Of a stretch of DNA of 64,000 nt, positions 10,785 through 21,422 are shown piece after piece. Origin of the DNA: an uncultured archaeon (lineage in GTDB: Archaea; Thermoproteota; Bathyarchaeia; Bathyarchaeales; Bathycorpusculaceae); assembly GCA_963810275.1 (NCBI GenBank), contig CAWENF010000021.1, positions 231,452-295,451 on the forward strand, given 5' to 3'. Within the stretch, counting starts at the first letter, position 1. Each line of letters starts with the position of its first letter. A program made the position numbers and the translations under genes. Under the pieces are notes generated by a model that saw nothing but the letters and a program-made list of their open reading frames with translations, did no database searches and was not told where the DNA came from.

Positions 10785-11057
10785 TTAGAATTCTTCCATT
10801 TGGTAGAGACCCAAATCGATGTTAAGACACTTTTCGGGTCCATGGCTGTCCTCTAAGTCGTAAAGGTTTGATGTAGCAGTTTCAAGTTTACTCTTTTTCG
10901 GTATCACTTTGGCTTTAACCATCCTTTTGGTTTTAGGTTTGCCCACCACAATTGAAGCGTCAAGGACAAGTTCGGTGTTATCGAACTGTTGCGGGGCGAC
11001 TTTGACGTCTTCAACGGTGAGGCTGCATTTGAGTTCGTCGTGAAGATGTTTAGTCAA
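10785..11057 (-). CDS. Hypothetical protein coupled to the RHH gene
   Basis: TTG at 11057 overlaps the end of the RHH ORF, with GGAGG upstream; no family recognised. Confidence 0.6.
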   Translation of the reverse strand: MTKHLHDELKCSLTVEDVKVAPQQFDNTELVLDASIVVGKPKTKRMVKAKVIPKKSKLETATSNLYDLEDSHGPEKCLNIDLGLYQMEEF

Positions 11058-11205
11058 CGCCTTTTCTCCTCCATACTTCGGCACTGATCAGATCTCGGAT
11101 GGCTACACGAATAGCTTCAGCTCGGTTAGGGTAGAAGCATTCATCCACTAACTGGTCTAAAGCTTTTATGTATGTTTCAGGTAGATATAGTGTGATTAGT
11201 TTCAA
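11050..11205 (-). CDS. Ribbon-helix-helix (CopG/CdrS-like) regulator, 51 aa
   Basis: Manual translation MKLITLYLPETYIKALDQLVDECFYPNRAEAIRVAIRDLISAEVWRRKGVD; (F/Y)PNR(S/A)EAIRxA(V/I)RD is the CdrS-type signature; absent from the ORF track. Confidence 0.85.
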   Translation of the reverse strand: MKLITLYLPETYIKALDQLVDECFYPNRAEAIRVAIRDLISAEVWRRKGVD

Positions 11206-11265
11206 GGTTAGGCTAGTCCCCCGGCTTTTGATGAATATACATCTCTAATACACCCTTATACTTCT

Positions 11266-11298
11266 ACATATTATGTTACATATATGTACATAATATGT
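11266..11298. promoter_or_regulatory. Three tandem 11-bp near-palindromic boxes, putative RHH operator
   Basis: ACATATTATGT-TACATATATGT-ACATAATATGT; the outer boxes are exact reverse complements; a minus-strand TTTATATA box lies just upstream at about 11310-11318. Confidence 0.6.
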
Positions 11299-11409
11299 TG
11301 GTTCCACCATATATAAATGAAGAATCACTAATGAACTAGCTATCTGTCAATAATCAACTAGCAAGGAACACGTTTTTATGTCAAGACAAGCAACTACCCA
11401 CGAACACAA

Positions 11410-12738
11410 ATGCGGCAAATACACATCAAAACCTACGGATGCTCTAGCAACACCGCAGACACCCAAACACTCGCAGGAACCCTAAAACAAGCAGGCTATA
11501 CGATAACCGACAAAGAAGCAGACGCAGATCTTATAATATACAATACCTGCGCAGTAAAAGGACCCACAGAGAATCGCATTATAGATGACATAAAACACAC
11601 CCCCAAGGGCAAAAAAGTCATAGTTGCAGGCTGCCTGCCCAAAATCAGCTTCCAACGTCTCCAAAGGGAAGTTCGCTTCGATGCAGTAGTCGGCCCTGCA
11701 GCAGGCGAAAAAATCGTTCAAATCGCAAAGCAAGTTATCAATGGAGCCCAAAACATCGTGGATTTAGAGGTTCTCGAAAGTTTACCGCCAATTACCCTGC
11801 CTAAAATACGCAAAAACCCGGCAGTCTCAGTAATCCCCATAAACATGGGGTGCTTGGGAAGCTGCGCTTACTGCTGTGTAGTACTAGCCCGCGGGAAATT
11901 ACGCAGTTATAGCATCGAGGATATTGTGAAAAGGGTTCAGGTGGACTATTCGGAGGGGGCAAAGGAGTTCTGGTTGACCTCGCAGGACACTGCAAGCTAC
12001 GGTAGAGACAGAAAAACTGACTTAGCGTCCTTGCTATGCGCCGTAGGCAGCGTGGAGGGTGACTTTCGCGTACGAGTGGGCATGATGACGCTTAACCTTG
12101 TCAAAGATATGGAGGAGCGATTGGTCGGGGCGTTTGAAAACCAGAAAATATTCAAATTCCTGCATTTGCCCGTGCAAAGCGGCGACAATGGCGTCTTAAA
12201 AGGCATGCGCAGATTCTATACTGCGGAGGAGTTTAAAGCGACTGTTAAGGCGTTCCGAGAAGCGTTCCCTGACTTGACTTTAGCCACGGACATCATCGTT
12301 GGCTATCCAGGAGAATCTGAGAAAGCCTTCAACAACACATTAAACCTACTAAAAGAGGTCGAGCCTGATGTGACCAATGTATCCAAGTTTTTCGCTCGCC
12401 CCAAAACAGCCGCACTAGACATAACTGATGGCTTAGTCGATAAAGAGGAAACTAAACGCCGAAGCACAGTCACAGCAGAATTAGCCAAACAGATTTCCGC
12501 TAAGCGAAACAAAATCTGGGAAGGCTGGGTCGGCAATGTACTATTCGATGAGACAGGTAAATTGTTGAATTCGTGGGTTGGGCGCAACTTTGCTTACAAA
12601 CCCATCGCAGTCAAATGCAGCGACAACTTATTAGGCAAAACCCTAAAGGTGAAAGTCACAGAAGCAGCAGGAACATATCTAAAAGGAAAAATTATAGAGC
12701 CTGAAGGCGACGGCGAACTGGGTTACTTGGCTATTTAA
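11410..12738 (+). CDS. tRNA t6A37 methylthiotransferase (archaeal e-MtaB/CDKAL1 type)
   Basis: TYGC, NTCAVK, GCLP, CLGSCAYC, SQDT..YG, HLPVQSG, TDIIVGYPGE, C-terminal TRAM. Confidence 0.9.
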   Translation: MRQIHIKTYGCSSNTADTQTLAGTLKQAGYTITDKEADADLIIYNTCAVKGPTENRIIDDIKHTPKGKKVIVAGCLPKISFQRLQREVRFDAVVGPAAGEKIVQIAKQVINGAQNIVDLEVLESLPPITLPKIRKNPAVSVIPINMGCLGSCAYCCVVLARGKLRSYSIEDIVKRVQVDYSEGAKEFWLTSQDTASYGRDRKTDLASLLCAVGSVEGDFRVRVGMMTLNLVKDMEERLVGAFENQKIFKFLHLPVQSGDNGVLKGMRRFYTAEEFKATVKAFREAFPDLTLATDIIVGYPGESEKAFNNTLNLLKEVEPDVTNVSKFFARPKTAALDITDGLVDKEETKRRSTVTAELAKQISAKRNKIWEGWVGNVLFDETGKLLNSWVGRNFAYKPIAVKCSDNLLGKTLKVKVTEAAGTYLKGKIIEPEGDGELGYLAI

Positions 12739-12746
12739 TGGTACAG

Positions 12747-13190
12747 CTATGATAGCGCATGGTTGAGTGCGAGGCGCCACTGCTGCCCAAACGCCCATAC
12801 TATGCTCCAGTAACATCCCTTGTCCACCACTGTGCTTGAGTTTATAAGGTTAAAACTTGTATGTACCATATCCTGACGGCGCATTTACAATTTGGTGGCC
12901 CAGGTCTAAGAGTTCAGCGAAGTCTTTGTATGAAGGGTCTGTGAACATGTAACGCCACTGCTGAGCGAAGTCAGAGTCGCAAATCATCAAGCCATCAAGT
13001 TGCATTCCGATTGACTCGTAGGGTCTATCATCAAAAGCGGTTTTTGCGAAGACACCGATTAGGGTTTGCGGGTTGAATATAACGCTGACAGTGCCGACGA
13101 GTTGTTTTTGGTTGCCAAGTAGATGTTGGCAGCTAAAGAAGCTACTAAAACAGCGGGTAGTATTATTGTTATTATTTTGGTTTTGCCCAT
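12747..13190 (-). pseudogene. Degraded secreted Cache-like domain protein (internal deletion plus frameshifts)
   Basis: Signal anchor MGKTKIITIILPAVLVASLAANIY, then in another frame LVGTVSVIFNP...QLDGLMICDSD...FTDPSYKDFAEL...SGYGTYKF, then in a further frame VVDKGCYWS..AFGQQWRL. Confidence 0.6.
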
Positions 13191-13561
13191 GTTTGTTTCT
13201 TCCACTAAAGACACGAGTTAACGATAGATCATTATAAGATTTTCTTGATACCAGGAACTTGGCGGATTTAGGACATTTGTTACCGGAATTTCTGTTTGTG
13301 TAAACTTTTCTATAAGGTTTAGATGAAGAGAACGGACGCTTTAATCTTCATTTTCTCAGAGTTGGTTGGCGGTTATATTTTCTTTCTGGGTTATTTGGTT
13401 GGTGGGCGGTTGAGGTTGAAGTAGTTTTTACACACAAGAAAAATGGCATTAGGCTTACAATTTTTTATAGATGGATTAGTTGTGAAATTCAGTTAGCCCA
13501 TTTTGATTGTGGAAGGCTTAAATAATTTCACTCGCTCTCAAACCTTATCTGAGCTGAGATT

Positions 13562-14983
13562 GTGACCTCCAATCAACCCATCGTGCTTTTCAACACCCTG
13601 ACACGGAAAAAGGAGCCATTTCATCCAATCGTAGAGGGTACAGTCAAACTCTATACCTGCGGACCAACCGTGTATGACTATGCGCACATTGGCAACTTCC
13701 GCGCTTTCATCTTTGAAGATTTGTTTAAACGCTGGCTCATATACCGTGGCTACAAGGTCACTCACATCATGAACTTAACCGACATAGACGACAAAACCAT
13801 TAGAGGCAGCCAAAAACAAGGCATCCCGTTACGAAAATTTACAGAATTTTATGTCAAAGCGTTCTTTGAAGACATAAAGGCGCTAAACATCTTGCCTGCA
13901 GATGTGTACCCTAAAGCCACTGACCACATCCCGGAAATGATAGAATTAATCAAGACCTTGATGGCTAAAGGCGTCGCGTACAGCGGCGAGGACGGCTCCA
14001 TATATTTCTCAGTAGCTAAGTTCCCAGATTACGGCAAACTCAGTCATCTAAAAGTTTGCGAACTCAAAGCAGGAGCACGGGTCTGCCAAGACGAATACGC
14101 CAAAGAAGAAGCACAAGACTTCGCACTTTGGAAGGCTTGGACTCCCGAGGACGGCGAGGTGTTTTGGGAGACAGAACTGGGAAAAGGTAGACCGGGCTGG
14201 CACATCGAATGCTCCGCCATGAGCACCAAGTACCTAGGTGAAACCTTTGACATCCACTGCGGCGGCGTAGACAACATGTTTCCTCATCATGAAAACGAAA
14301 TCGCCCAATCCGAAGCAGCCAGCGGCAAGCAGTTTGTCAACTACTGGATGCATAACGAACACTTGCAAGTCGAAGGCAAAAAAATGAGCAAACGTTTCGG
14401 CAACTTTTACACGCTCCGCGACTTGCTAACTAAGGGCTATGACCCAATCGCTATCCGTTACCTACTGATGAGTACGCATTATCGGCAGCAATTCAACTTC
14501 ACCTTTGAAGGTTTAGAATCAGCGAAAGCAGCATTGGAACGATTGCGGAACTTTGTGCGACGATTACATGAGGTTGAAGGCACAACAGCCACAGGAAAAG
14601 TCGAAGTTTTAACCGACAAACTGGAGGCGTGCTTCGGCGGCAGCATGGACAACGACCTAAATGTCGCAGTAGCCTTAGCCTCGCTCTTCGATTTCGTCAG
14701 AGAAATGAATGCACTACTAGATGCCAACTTGGTCAGCAAACAAGAAGCAGCCGACGTAGGCGGCTTAATGATGCGCCTGGACACCGTTTTAGGCGTGATT
14801 GGTAAAGTCGAAGTAGAAGAAGCCCTGCCTGAAGACATCGATGCTTTGGTGCAAAAACGGGAAACTGCACGCAAAGCCAAAAACTGGAAAGAAGCCGACG
14901 AAATCCGTACACAACTCAAAGCAATGGGCATTGTACTTGAAGACACCGCACAGGGCATAAGGTGGCATAAAGAGACTGCTTAA
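13562..14983 (+). CDS. cysS: Cysteine--tRNA ligase
   Basis: [33 protein letters not shown]. Confidence 0.98.
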   Translation: MTSNQPIVLFNTLTRKKEPFHPIVEGTVKLYTCGPTVYDYAHIGNFRAFIFEDLFKRWLIYRGYKVTHIMNLTDIDDKTIRGSQKQGIPLRKFTEFYVKAFFEDIKALNILPADVYPKATDHIPEMIELIKTLMAKGVAYSGEDGSIYFSVAKFPDYGKLSHLKVCELKAGARVCQDEYAKEEAQDFALWKAWTPEDGEVFWETELGKGRPGWHIECSAMSTKYLGETFDIHCGGVDNMFPHHENEIAQSEAASGKQFVNYWMHNEHLQVEGKKMSKRFGNFYTLRDLLTKGYDPIAIRYLLMSTHYRQQFNFTFEGLESAKAALERLRNFVRRLHEVEGTTATGKVEVLTDKLEACFGGSMDNDLNVAVALASLFDFVREMNALLDANLVSKQEAADVGGLMMRLDTVLGVIGKVEVEEALPEDIDALVQKRETARKAKNWKEADEIRTQLKAMGIVLEDTAQGIRWHKETA

Positions 14984-15765
14984 GCAATTTTCCCATTTAG
15001 GTTCCAGTCTTCCTTTAAATATTTTTCGTTACACAATTTTTGTGCTATGGCTTTCTCTTTTTGTGTGAGTTCGCTTTCGAGTAGTTGGATTTTTAGGATT
15101 GCTTTGAAGCCTTGTGCAAGGGCGTTGGCGACTGTTTGGGGGCTGATTTTGTGTCCGAGTTCGGTTTGGATGCTGGTTATTTTGCGTTGCCCTATTGCTG
15201 TGGCTTCGATGCAGGAGACGCCCTTGAGTTGGAGCAACTGGAACATGCGGGGCAAATCCAGGTTGATAAGAACTGTGCCATGCTGCAACACGATACCTCG
15301 GCTGATGGTTTGGCTGCTGCCGCTGATTTTTTTGCCCACCACAGTTAGGTTTGGGCAGTTCTTGGCATCGCCAGTGCTGAAGTCTGCGGGAACTCCGAGG
15401 AGGCGCAAGGCGTCGGTTATGGCGCCGTAGATTTTCGTGTAAATGGTGGTTACATCCGCCGAGCCTAAATCGGAGACTTTAGCAACGACACTGTAGGTGA
15501 CTTCACCCTCAAAATCATGGTAGACTGCTCCGCCACCGCTGATACGCCGAACAACATCCACCCCAAACTTTTTGGAATTATCGAGATAGACGTCGTTTTG
15601 TGGGTTCTGATTCCTTCCTAGGCTCACAGCGGAGGGTTTCCAGCGATAAAACCGCAGTGTATTTGGTACTTCCCCGTTGATGCGGGCTTGGAGTATGGCT
15701 TCGTCGATTGCCATATTCATGGCTGCACTGCTAGTTGATAAAGGGAGATAACGCCAGATGTTCAT
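14980..15765 (-). CDS. Lipoate-protein ligase A family catalytic domain
   Basis: NMAIDEA, RRISGGGAVYHD, KKISGSSQ, LQHGT. Confidence 0.92.
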   Translation of the reverse strand: MNIWRYLPLSTSSAAMNMAIDEAILQARINGEVPNTLRFYRWKPSAVSLGRNQNPQNDVYLDNSKKFGVDVVRRISGGGAVYHDFEGEVTYSVVAKVSDLGSADVTTIYTKIYGAITDALRLLGVPADFSTGDAKNCPNLTVVGKKISGSSQTISRGIVLQHGTVLINLDLPRMFQLLQLKGVSCIEATAIGQRKITSIQTELGHKISPQTVANALAQGFKAILKIQLLESELTQKEKAIAQKLCNEKYLKEDWNLNGKIA

Positions 15766-16285
15766 AAACTGTCACTTTTCGTCTTCTTGTTGTTTTTATG
15801 TTGCCTCTCGGCTTCGCGGCGGATGGCGTCTATGTTTCCGTCAACCATTGATAGCCACTGCTTGTTCTGCTCAGTATTTAGGCCGTGTTTAACAAAGATT
15901 TCTTTTGCTCGCAAAAGCGCCTCTACCGCTGCGTCAAGACAGCGTAGAGTAGCAAGTGAGGTTCCTTGATTCGCCAGGGCCATGAGCCATCTGCCTACGT
16001 CGGCGGGATACTGGTCGCCACATTGGTCATAAAACGCTAAAGCTTTGTTTGCGGCGGCAAAGCACTCCATATGCTGGCCCAGTTTACCATGAGCAGCGGA
16101 CAAGCCCGAGTAGCAGTAAGCAGCAAAACGTCTGCGATCAAATGACAGTCGGAGGGAAGCGTGACGCATATTCGCAGCGCCTTGTTGAAGCACTCCACAG
16201 CGTCGGTATAGTTGCCTTCCACGATGAGGCGCTCTGCATTTCGGCTGGCTTGCTGCATGTCGCGGATTACGTGAGCAGTCTTCAT
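15762..16285 (-). pseudogene. TPR-like (DUF3856-like) protein split by a frameshift near 16145
   Basis: ORF 16037-16285 (AERLIVEGNYTDAVECFNKAL..CVTLP) continues in ORF 15762-16193 (FDRRRFAAYCYSGLSAA...ANKALAFY...GRW). Confidence 0.7.
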
Positions 16286-16395
16286 TTTTTACCCTGCATG
16301 TTTAGGTATACATCCATTTAATCAAGGTTTTTTAACCTTGAGAGATAATCCTTAAAACCTAAACCTGCATTCCTTAGCAAACAAGAGGAATAATA

Positions 16396-17277
16396 GTGAA
16401 AATTATTAGCGGTCCAGCGTCCAAAGCACTTGCCGAGGCAGTATCTGCCCAAACAGACATCAAAAACGTCCCAGTTATCAGCAAAATCTTCCCCGACGGC
16501 GAATCCTACGTCAGAATCGACGGAGACGTCGCAGGCGAAGAAGTCGCCATCATCCAAACCACCTGCCCCCCAATGCAGGACGGCAAACTATTCCAACTGG
16601 CTTTCCTTGCAGATTCAGCAAAGCGCGCATGCGCCACCAAAGTAATCGCAGTCGTACCTTACCTCGCCTATGCAAGGCAGGACAAAATGTTCCTCTCAGG
16701 GGAAGGCATAAGCATCGAAACCATCTCGCGCATGCTCAAAGCCGCCGGTGTAGATCAACTCTTGACAGTAAACATCCACTCCGAACACTCACTTGCTCAG
16801 TTTCCGTTCCCAGCCAAAACAGCCAGCGCTATCCCCCTAATCGCAGACTATTTCGTCCAAAAAGGCCACAAAGGAGCCTATGCACTTTCCCCCGACAAAG
16901 GCGCAATGTACATCGCCCAACAGGCACAACAGGTTTTGGGCGGCGACGCAGGGCACCTCAACAAAACCCGCGACCGCTACACGGGGCAAACAGTGCAGAC
17001 CGCCGAGGGCCTAAACGTCAAAGACCAAACCGTCATCATCCTTGACGACATCATCAGCACAGGCGGCACCATCGTCGGAGCAGCCAAAATCCTAAAAGAA
17101 AACGGTGCGACACACGTGTTCTGCGGCTGCGTACACGGCCTACTCATAGGCGACGCCGAGAAACGCATTCTCGACGCGGGTGTGGAGGAAATCGTGGGCA
17201 CCGACAGTGTCCCCGGAGCAGTTAGCAAGGTGTCGCTGGCTCCACTTATCAGTAAAGAACTAAAAGGCGCAAATTAG
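16396..17277 (+). CDS. prs: Ribose-phosphate pyrophosphokinase
   Basis: FPDGESYVRI, PYLAYARQDK, SPDKGA, ILDDIISTGGT. Confidence 0.97.
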   Translation: MKIISGPASKALAEAVSAQTDIKNVPVISKIFPDGESYVRIDGDVAGEEVAIIQTTCPPMQDGKLFQLAFLADSAKRACATKVIAVVPYLAYARQDKMFLSGEGISIETISRMLKAAGVDQLLTVNIHSEHSLAQFPFPAKTASAIPLIADYFVQKGHKGAYALSPDKGAMYIAQQAQQVLGGDAGHLNKTRDRYTGQTVQTAEGLNVKDQTVIILDDIISTGGTIVGAAKILKENGATHVFCGCVHGLLIGDAEKRILDAGVEEIVGTDSVPGAVSKVSLAPLISKELKGAN

Positions 17278-18356
17278 TGCCTAAACTCTTCTTTTTACTA
17301 TCAGGCGAGAACAAAACTCTGCCCAGCGCCGAAGTCAAAGCGATTCTTGAGGCAGAAAGCTACAGGTATTCTAATCCAAGCGAGTTTGATCAAATTCTAC
17401 GCCTCGAAGCAGAGGATGCAGAGTGTGTAAAGGCTGTGCAGTTGCGCTCCGCTTACACGCGGGTCTGTGCACAAGAACTGTTTGTGGCAAACGCAACCTA
17501 CGATGAAATTCTGGAAGCCGCCTCCAAATTAGACTTTTCGTCTGTGCTAAAAGAGGGCGAGTCCTTCGTAGTGCGCATAGACCGCATCAAAAACAACGCA
17601 GACGCAGAAATCAACACCATGACACTCGAAGTCAAGCTGGGCGGACAAATCCTGCGGCAAACTCCCGGCGCCAAAGTAAACCTGAAAAACCCAGACAGAA
17701 CTTTTCTTGGCGTGATCACAGACAATAAGCTCATTTTGGGCTTGAAACTGACCGAAATTACTTCAAAAACTTTCAGTGAACGCCGTCCACGCAAGAAACC
17801 CTTCTTTCACCCCTCGGCGATGCCGTCGAAGATGGCTCGTTGCATGGTGAACTTGGCGCATGCCAACGCTGAGTCAATTCTGCTGGACCCCTTCTGCGGC
17901 ACAGGCACAAGCCTAATCGAAGCCACGTTTATTGGTTGCAGGGCGGTAGGTGTGGATGCGCAGCTGCGGATGGTTTTGGGCACAAAGAAGAATTTGGAGT
18001 TTTTCGGCATCAAAGCTGAAGGCTTAATCCATGGTGATTCACGGAAAATTCCAATCATCAAAGTGGACACAATCGTCACCGACCCCCCATACGGGCGGAG
18101 CAGCAGTACCCTCAAATCCACAACCAAGCAGCTGGTTAAAGAGGTTTTAGCGGCTTCTTCAGCGCTTTTACGTGTAGGTCGTCGGATTTGCATCGCTATG
18201 CCAATTAGTCCCGACAGTGCAGGCAACGTGGCACGGATGGCTGAGGAAATATCGGTTTTTGTCGAAGGGTTAGGTTTTGAGTGCCTCCAGAACCACAGAG
18301 TCTACATACATACCACGTTGACTAGAGAAATTGTGGTTTACAAAAAAACTCGATAG
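17277..18356 (+). CDS. THUMP-domain tRNA (guanine-10-N2)-methyltransferase (Trm11/TrmG10)
   Basis: LSGE...AEVKA, KPFFHPSAM, LLDPFCGTG, TDPPYGRS. Confidence 0.9.
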   Translation: MPKLFFLLSGENKTLPSAEVKAILEAESYRYSNPSEFDQILRLEAEDAECVKAVQLRSAYTRVCAQELFVANATYDEILEAASKLDFSSVLKEGESFVVRIDRIKNNADAEINTMTLEVKLGGQILRQTPGAKVNLKNPDRTFLGVITDNKLILGLKLTEITSKTFSERRPRKKPFFHPSAMPSKMARCMVNLAHANAESILLDPFCGTGTSLIEATFIGCRAVGVDAQLRMVLGTKKNLEFFGIKAEGLIHGDSRKIPIIKVDTIVTDPPYGRSSSTLKSTTKQLVKEVLAASSALLRVGRRICIAMPISPDSAGNVARMAEEISVFVEGLGFECLQNHRVYIHTTLTREIVVYKKTR

Positions 18357-18518
18357 CTTGGCGATTTCTGGGTTTGCCGAGGTCTCTAAAGATTTAAGGA
18401 GAAAAAGGGTCGTAACCATATAGTTAGGCAACGGTAATTACCCTGAGACCTTTTCAGCCCCAAATTACACCAATGCAAAACTAAAAAAGGGAAGGGAAAT
18501 TTGTTTTGTTTTAGATTT

Positions 18519-21096
18519 TTATGGTCTTCTCAACAGCAAGATTGTAGCTGCAAAGCCTACGATGACGACTATGATTAAGCCGACTATTGCAGGTAAGAAG
18601 TACACATCTGCTACTGAGTCTACTGGTGTTGGATCTGGAGCCATTGTTGCGTGTGCTTCTTCAGCGACAAATGTTGTTGATGCAGATGAGCCATAGTATG
18701 CTGCGGTTCCTTCAAAGGTTACATACACTTGGTATGTGCCTGGAATGTCTGGAGTCCATGCTAAGCTATAGTGGCCTGTTGAATCGCTTGTTGTTGTTCC
18801 AATAGTTCGGTAGTTTCCGTTTGCATCGATTACTGCGACTGTCACTGGTACACCGGTTGCGCTAGTTGGATATTCAAATTGTTTCCAAACGTAGAGCATC
18901 CAGTTGCTCATGCTTTCGTCAGAGACTGCGGGGACACCATTGGGGAAGCGTGCGGTTATTGCGTAGTCAGAGAGGCCTGGTGAAATGTCGTTGACACTGC
19001 CTTGTATGATCATTTGGCTGCCGTCAGAAATTGATGTTGTTGGTTGAACGACTGTGGTTTGTGATGGGCCTTTGCCTATGCCGTAGACGCGTTGGTCATA
19101 TGTATCCATGGTTGCAATGATGCTGTCGCCGATAACGCCGTTACCACCCCAACGAGTGTCACGGAACATACCGTTGACTCTCCAGATTTCTGTGCCGTCT
19201 GATGCGTTGATGCAGATTTGTGGTGCGCCTCTTGGTAGAGGTTGCTCAGCTGAGTGCTCTACAGTGCCGACATAGATTTTTTCGTCAGCAATTAGAGTAA
19301 TCCAGCCCCACCAGTTCTGGCCTGTAACGGGTTCGTTGTATGGGTCGCTCATTGTGTATTCCCATGCGGTCTCACCTGTAGCTTGATCGTAGGCATAAAC
19401 TATGCCGCCTAGACCAACTGAGTAGAGTTTGCCGTATGCGAAGTACCATGTGTGCTCTGCGTTACCCCAACCATAAGCGTCGGAGTAGAATTCAGAGTCA
19501 GTTTGCCATAGATAGTTTCCAGTTTCAGTGCTGAAGCCGTAGTGTTGTCTTAGTTCTTTGTCCCAAACTGCAATGACGCCACCTTCGAGTTCGTTTGATG
19601 CGCCAGTGTAGTGGATTGTGTTTGAACCATCAAACCATTCTGCAGGTGCTTTCCATGTTTTGTCGAAGATCTTGCCTATTGTTTGTGTGTTTTCGTTTGT
19701 GTTAGTGAATTCAATTGTGTCGAGTGGAATTGCCCATGTGCGAACCATTGTTTGGTTGTACCATATACCGACGATTCTGTCGCCCTGGTAGATCTTAAAG
19801 GTAGGTACACCAAATGAGCTCATTAGCTGTAATCCTTCGGGTAGTGTGACGTTCCATGAGTAGGCTCTTGATACTGATCCGTCAAGTACGCGTCCGTGTG
19901 CAGAGTTGCCCCAGCTACCATATCCTGAAGCTGCTGGGTTTTGTAGTTGTAGACCGCAGTCGGTTGAATTCCAAAGTGCCATCCAATCTGTTATCCAGGT
20001 TGTATACGTAGATGAGGATTTCGCCGCTTGGACCAAATGTTCTATAAGCGGTTTGAGCGCCTGGACCATAGCCGCTGGTAGGTACGTTTATGAATTGCAT
20101 TTGTTGGTTGCCAGTGAATGGATCATATGCTGTATAGGTACTGCCTGATACTGACCAGATGTATGAGAATGTGCCGTCGTAGTTGTAGCTGTTGAAGTAA
20201 AGGATTTGACCGAATGAAAGTACTGTATTGTTCTTGTACACCCATTCCTCGCCAGTGTGCATGTCAACTGCGATGATTGCTGGTGCTTGCTCGCCTCTAG
20301 AGTCTGTTCTTTGGTAGTAGAGAATGCCGTTTAGTACGACTGAACCTGGGAATTTGCCTTCATATGCATCGCCTGTTTCTGCGCTAGCTGGAACACCGTC
20401 ACCCCAGAGACCGCCCATCATACCGCCTGTGGTCATTTCATTTGCCCATAGGACGTGAGCTGTTTCAGGAGCATCGTTGTTGTAGAGTGCTAACGAGTTG
20501 TCTGGTCTAGCTACCCAGTTGCCAGAAATAGAGAACCATTCTCTAAGTTGTGGATCAATTGGGCGACTCCAGTACTCGGAAGGTAGAGCGTGACCAGGAT
20601 AATCCGGTAAAGGATCTTCCTGAACAACTATCTCTATTACTTCACTGTCAGCTGCAAGCATGACATCGCCTTCATTTATTCTGTTGCCGCTTTCAGCGTC
20701 ATTCCAGCTGGAGGTAGCGTTTTGCTGTGGGAAGTGAGATTGTAGCAGGTATGTTCCTACTTGGTCTGGAACATAGCGGACAAATGAGACACCGGTTGAG
20801 TCTGTTCTGATTGGACCCAGCGTTTCTGTGTGGTTGTCTGGATGTGTGACTGTAACGGTGACACCTTCCCAACCTAAGAGCACACTGCCCAAAGGTCGTA
20901 GGATACCGGCTCTGATTAGCACGTCTTGGCCGACACCCACAGGGTCTGGGATTGCGTCGATCACTGCATAGTTTTTGTATTCTCTTGCGCTAGCGTTTGG
21001 TATTGATTGCAATGCTGCGAATGTTCCTACTACTAAAGCTAATAGAAGTAGGATTGCAAAAGATTTGTGCTGTATTTTTTTATTAAGAATATTCAT
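18519..21096 (-). pseudogene. Large secreted PQQ-like beta-propeller protein with Ig-like domain and C-terminal TM anchor; one frameshift near 19990
   Basis: ORF 19915-21096 (signal peptide, LPSEYWSRPI, APETAHVLW, ETGDAYEGK) joins ORF 18519-20069 at NLDN/DWMALWNST; repeated AYD..TG..W blades; ends in a TM helix plus LRRP. Confidence 0.8.
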
Positions 21097-21422
21097 TTTT
21101 TCTTTCTTTCCTTTTTTCTCCTTTTATTAGGCAAGCGCAGTTATTAAAACCGCTAATGCCTTAACCCGTATCATTCGTAACTTTTCCTTATAAGCCTTTA
21201 GTAAAATAAGGTAACCTCTTTACCATAATAAATTAGACGAAAATCGATTAATAAAATAAAAAAACCCCTAAAGTAACGAAAAACAGCCTAAATACGACCC
21301 AAAATCATGCATCAATAAACAAACCACAAAAAACCCCACAAACAAAAACTAATAAGAATTAGCAGATAAAATACAAAGAATTAAATAAAAAAAAATAATA
21401 ATTAACAAAAAAGTGCATAACA

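Noticed and set aside
18395-18460. Hairpin AAAAGGGTC...GACCTTTT as an H/ACA guide RNA
   Set aside because: No convincing K-turn or correctly spaced ACA; lies between convergent genes and may be terminator-related.
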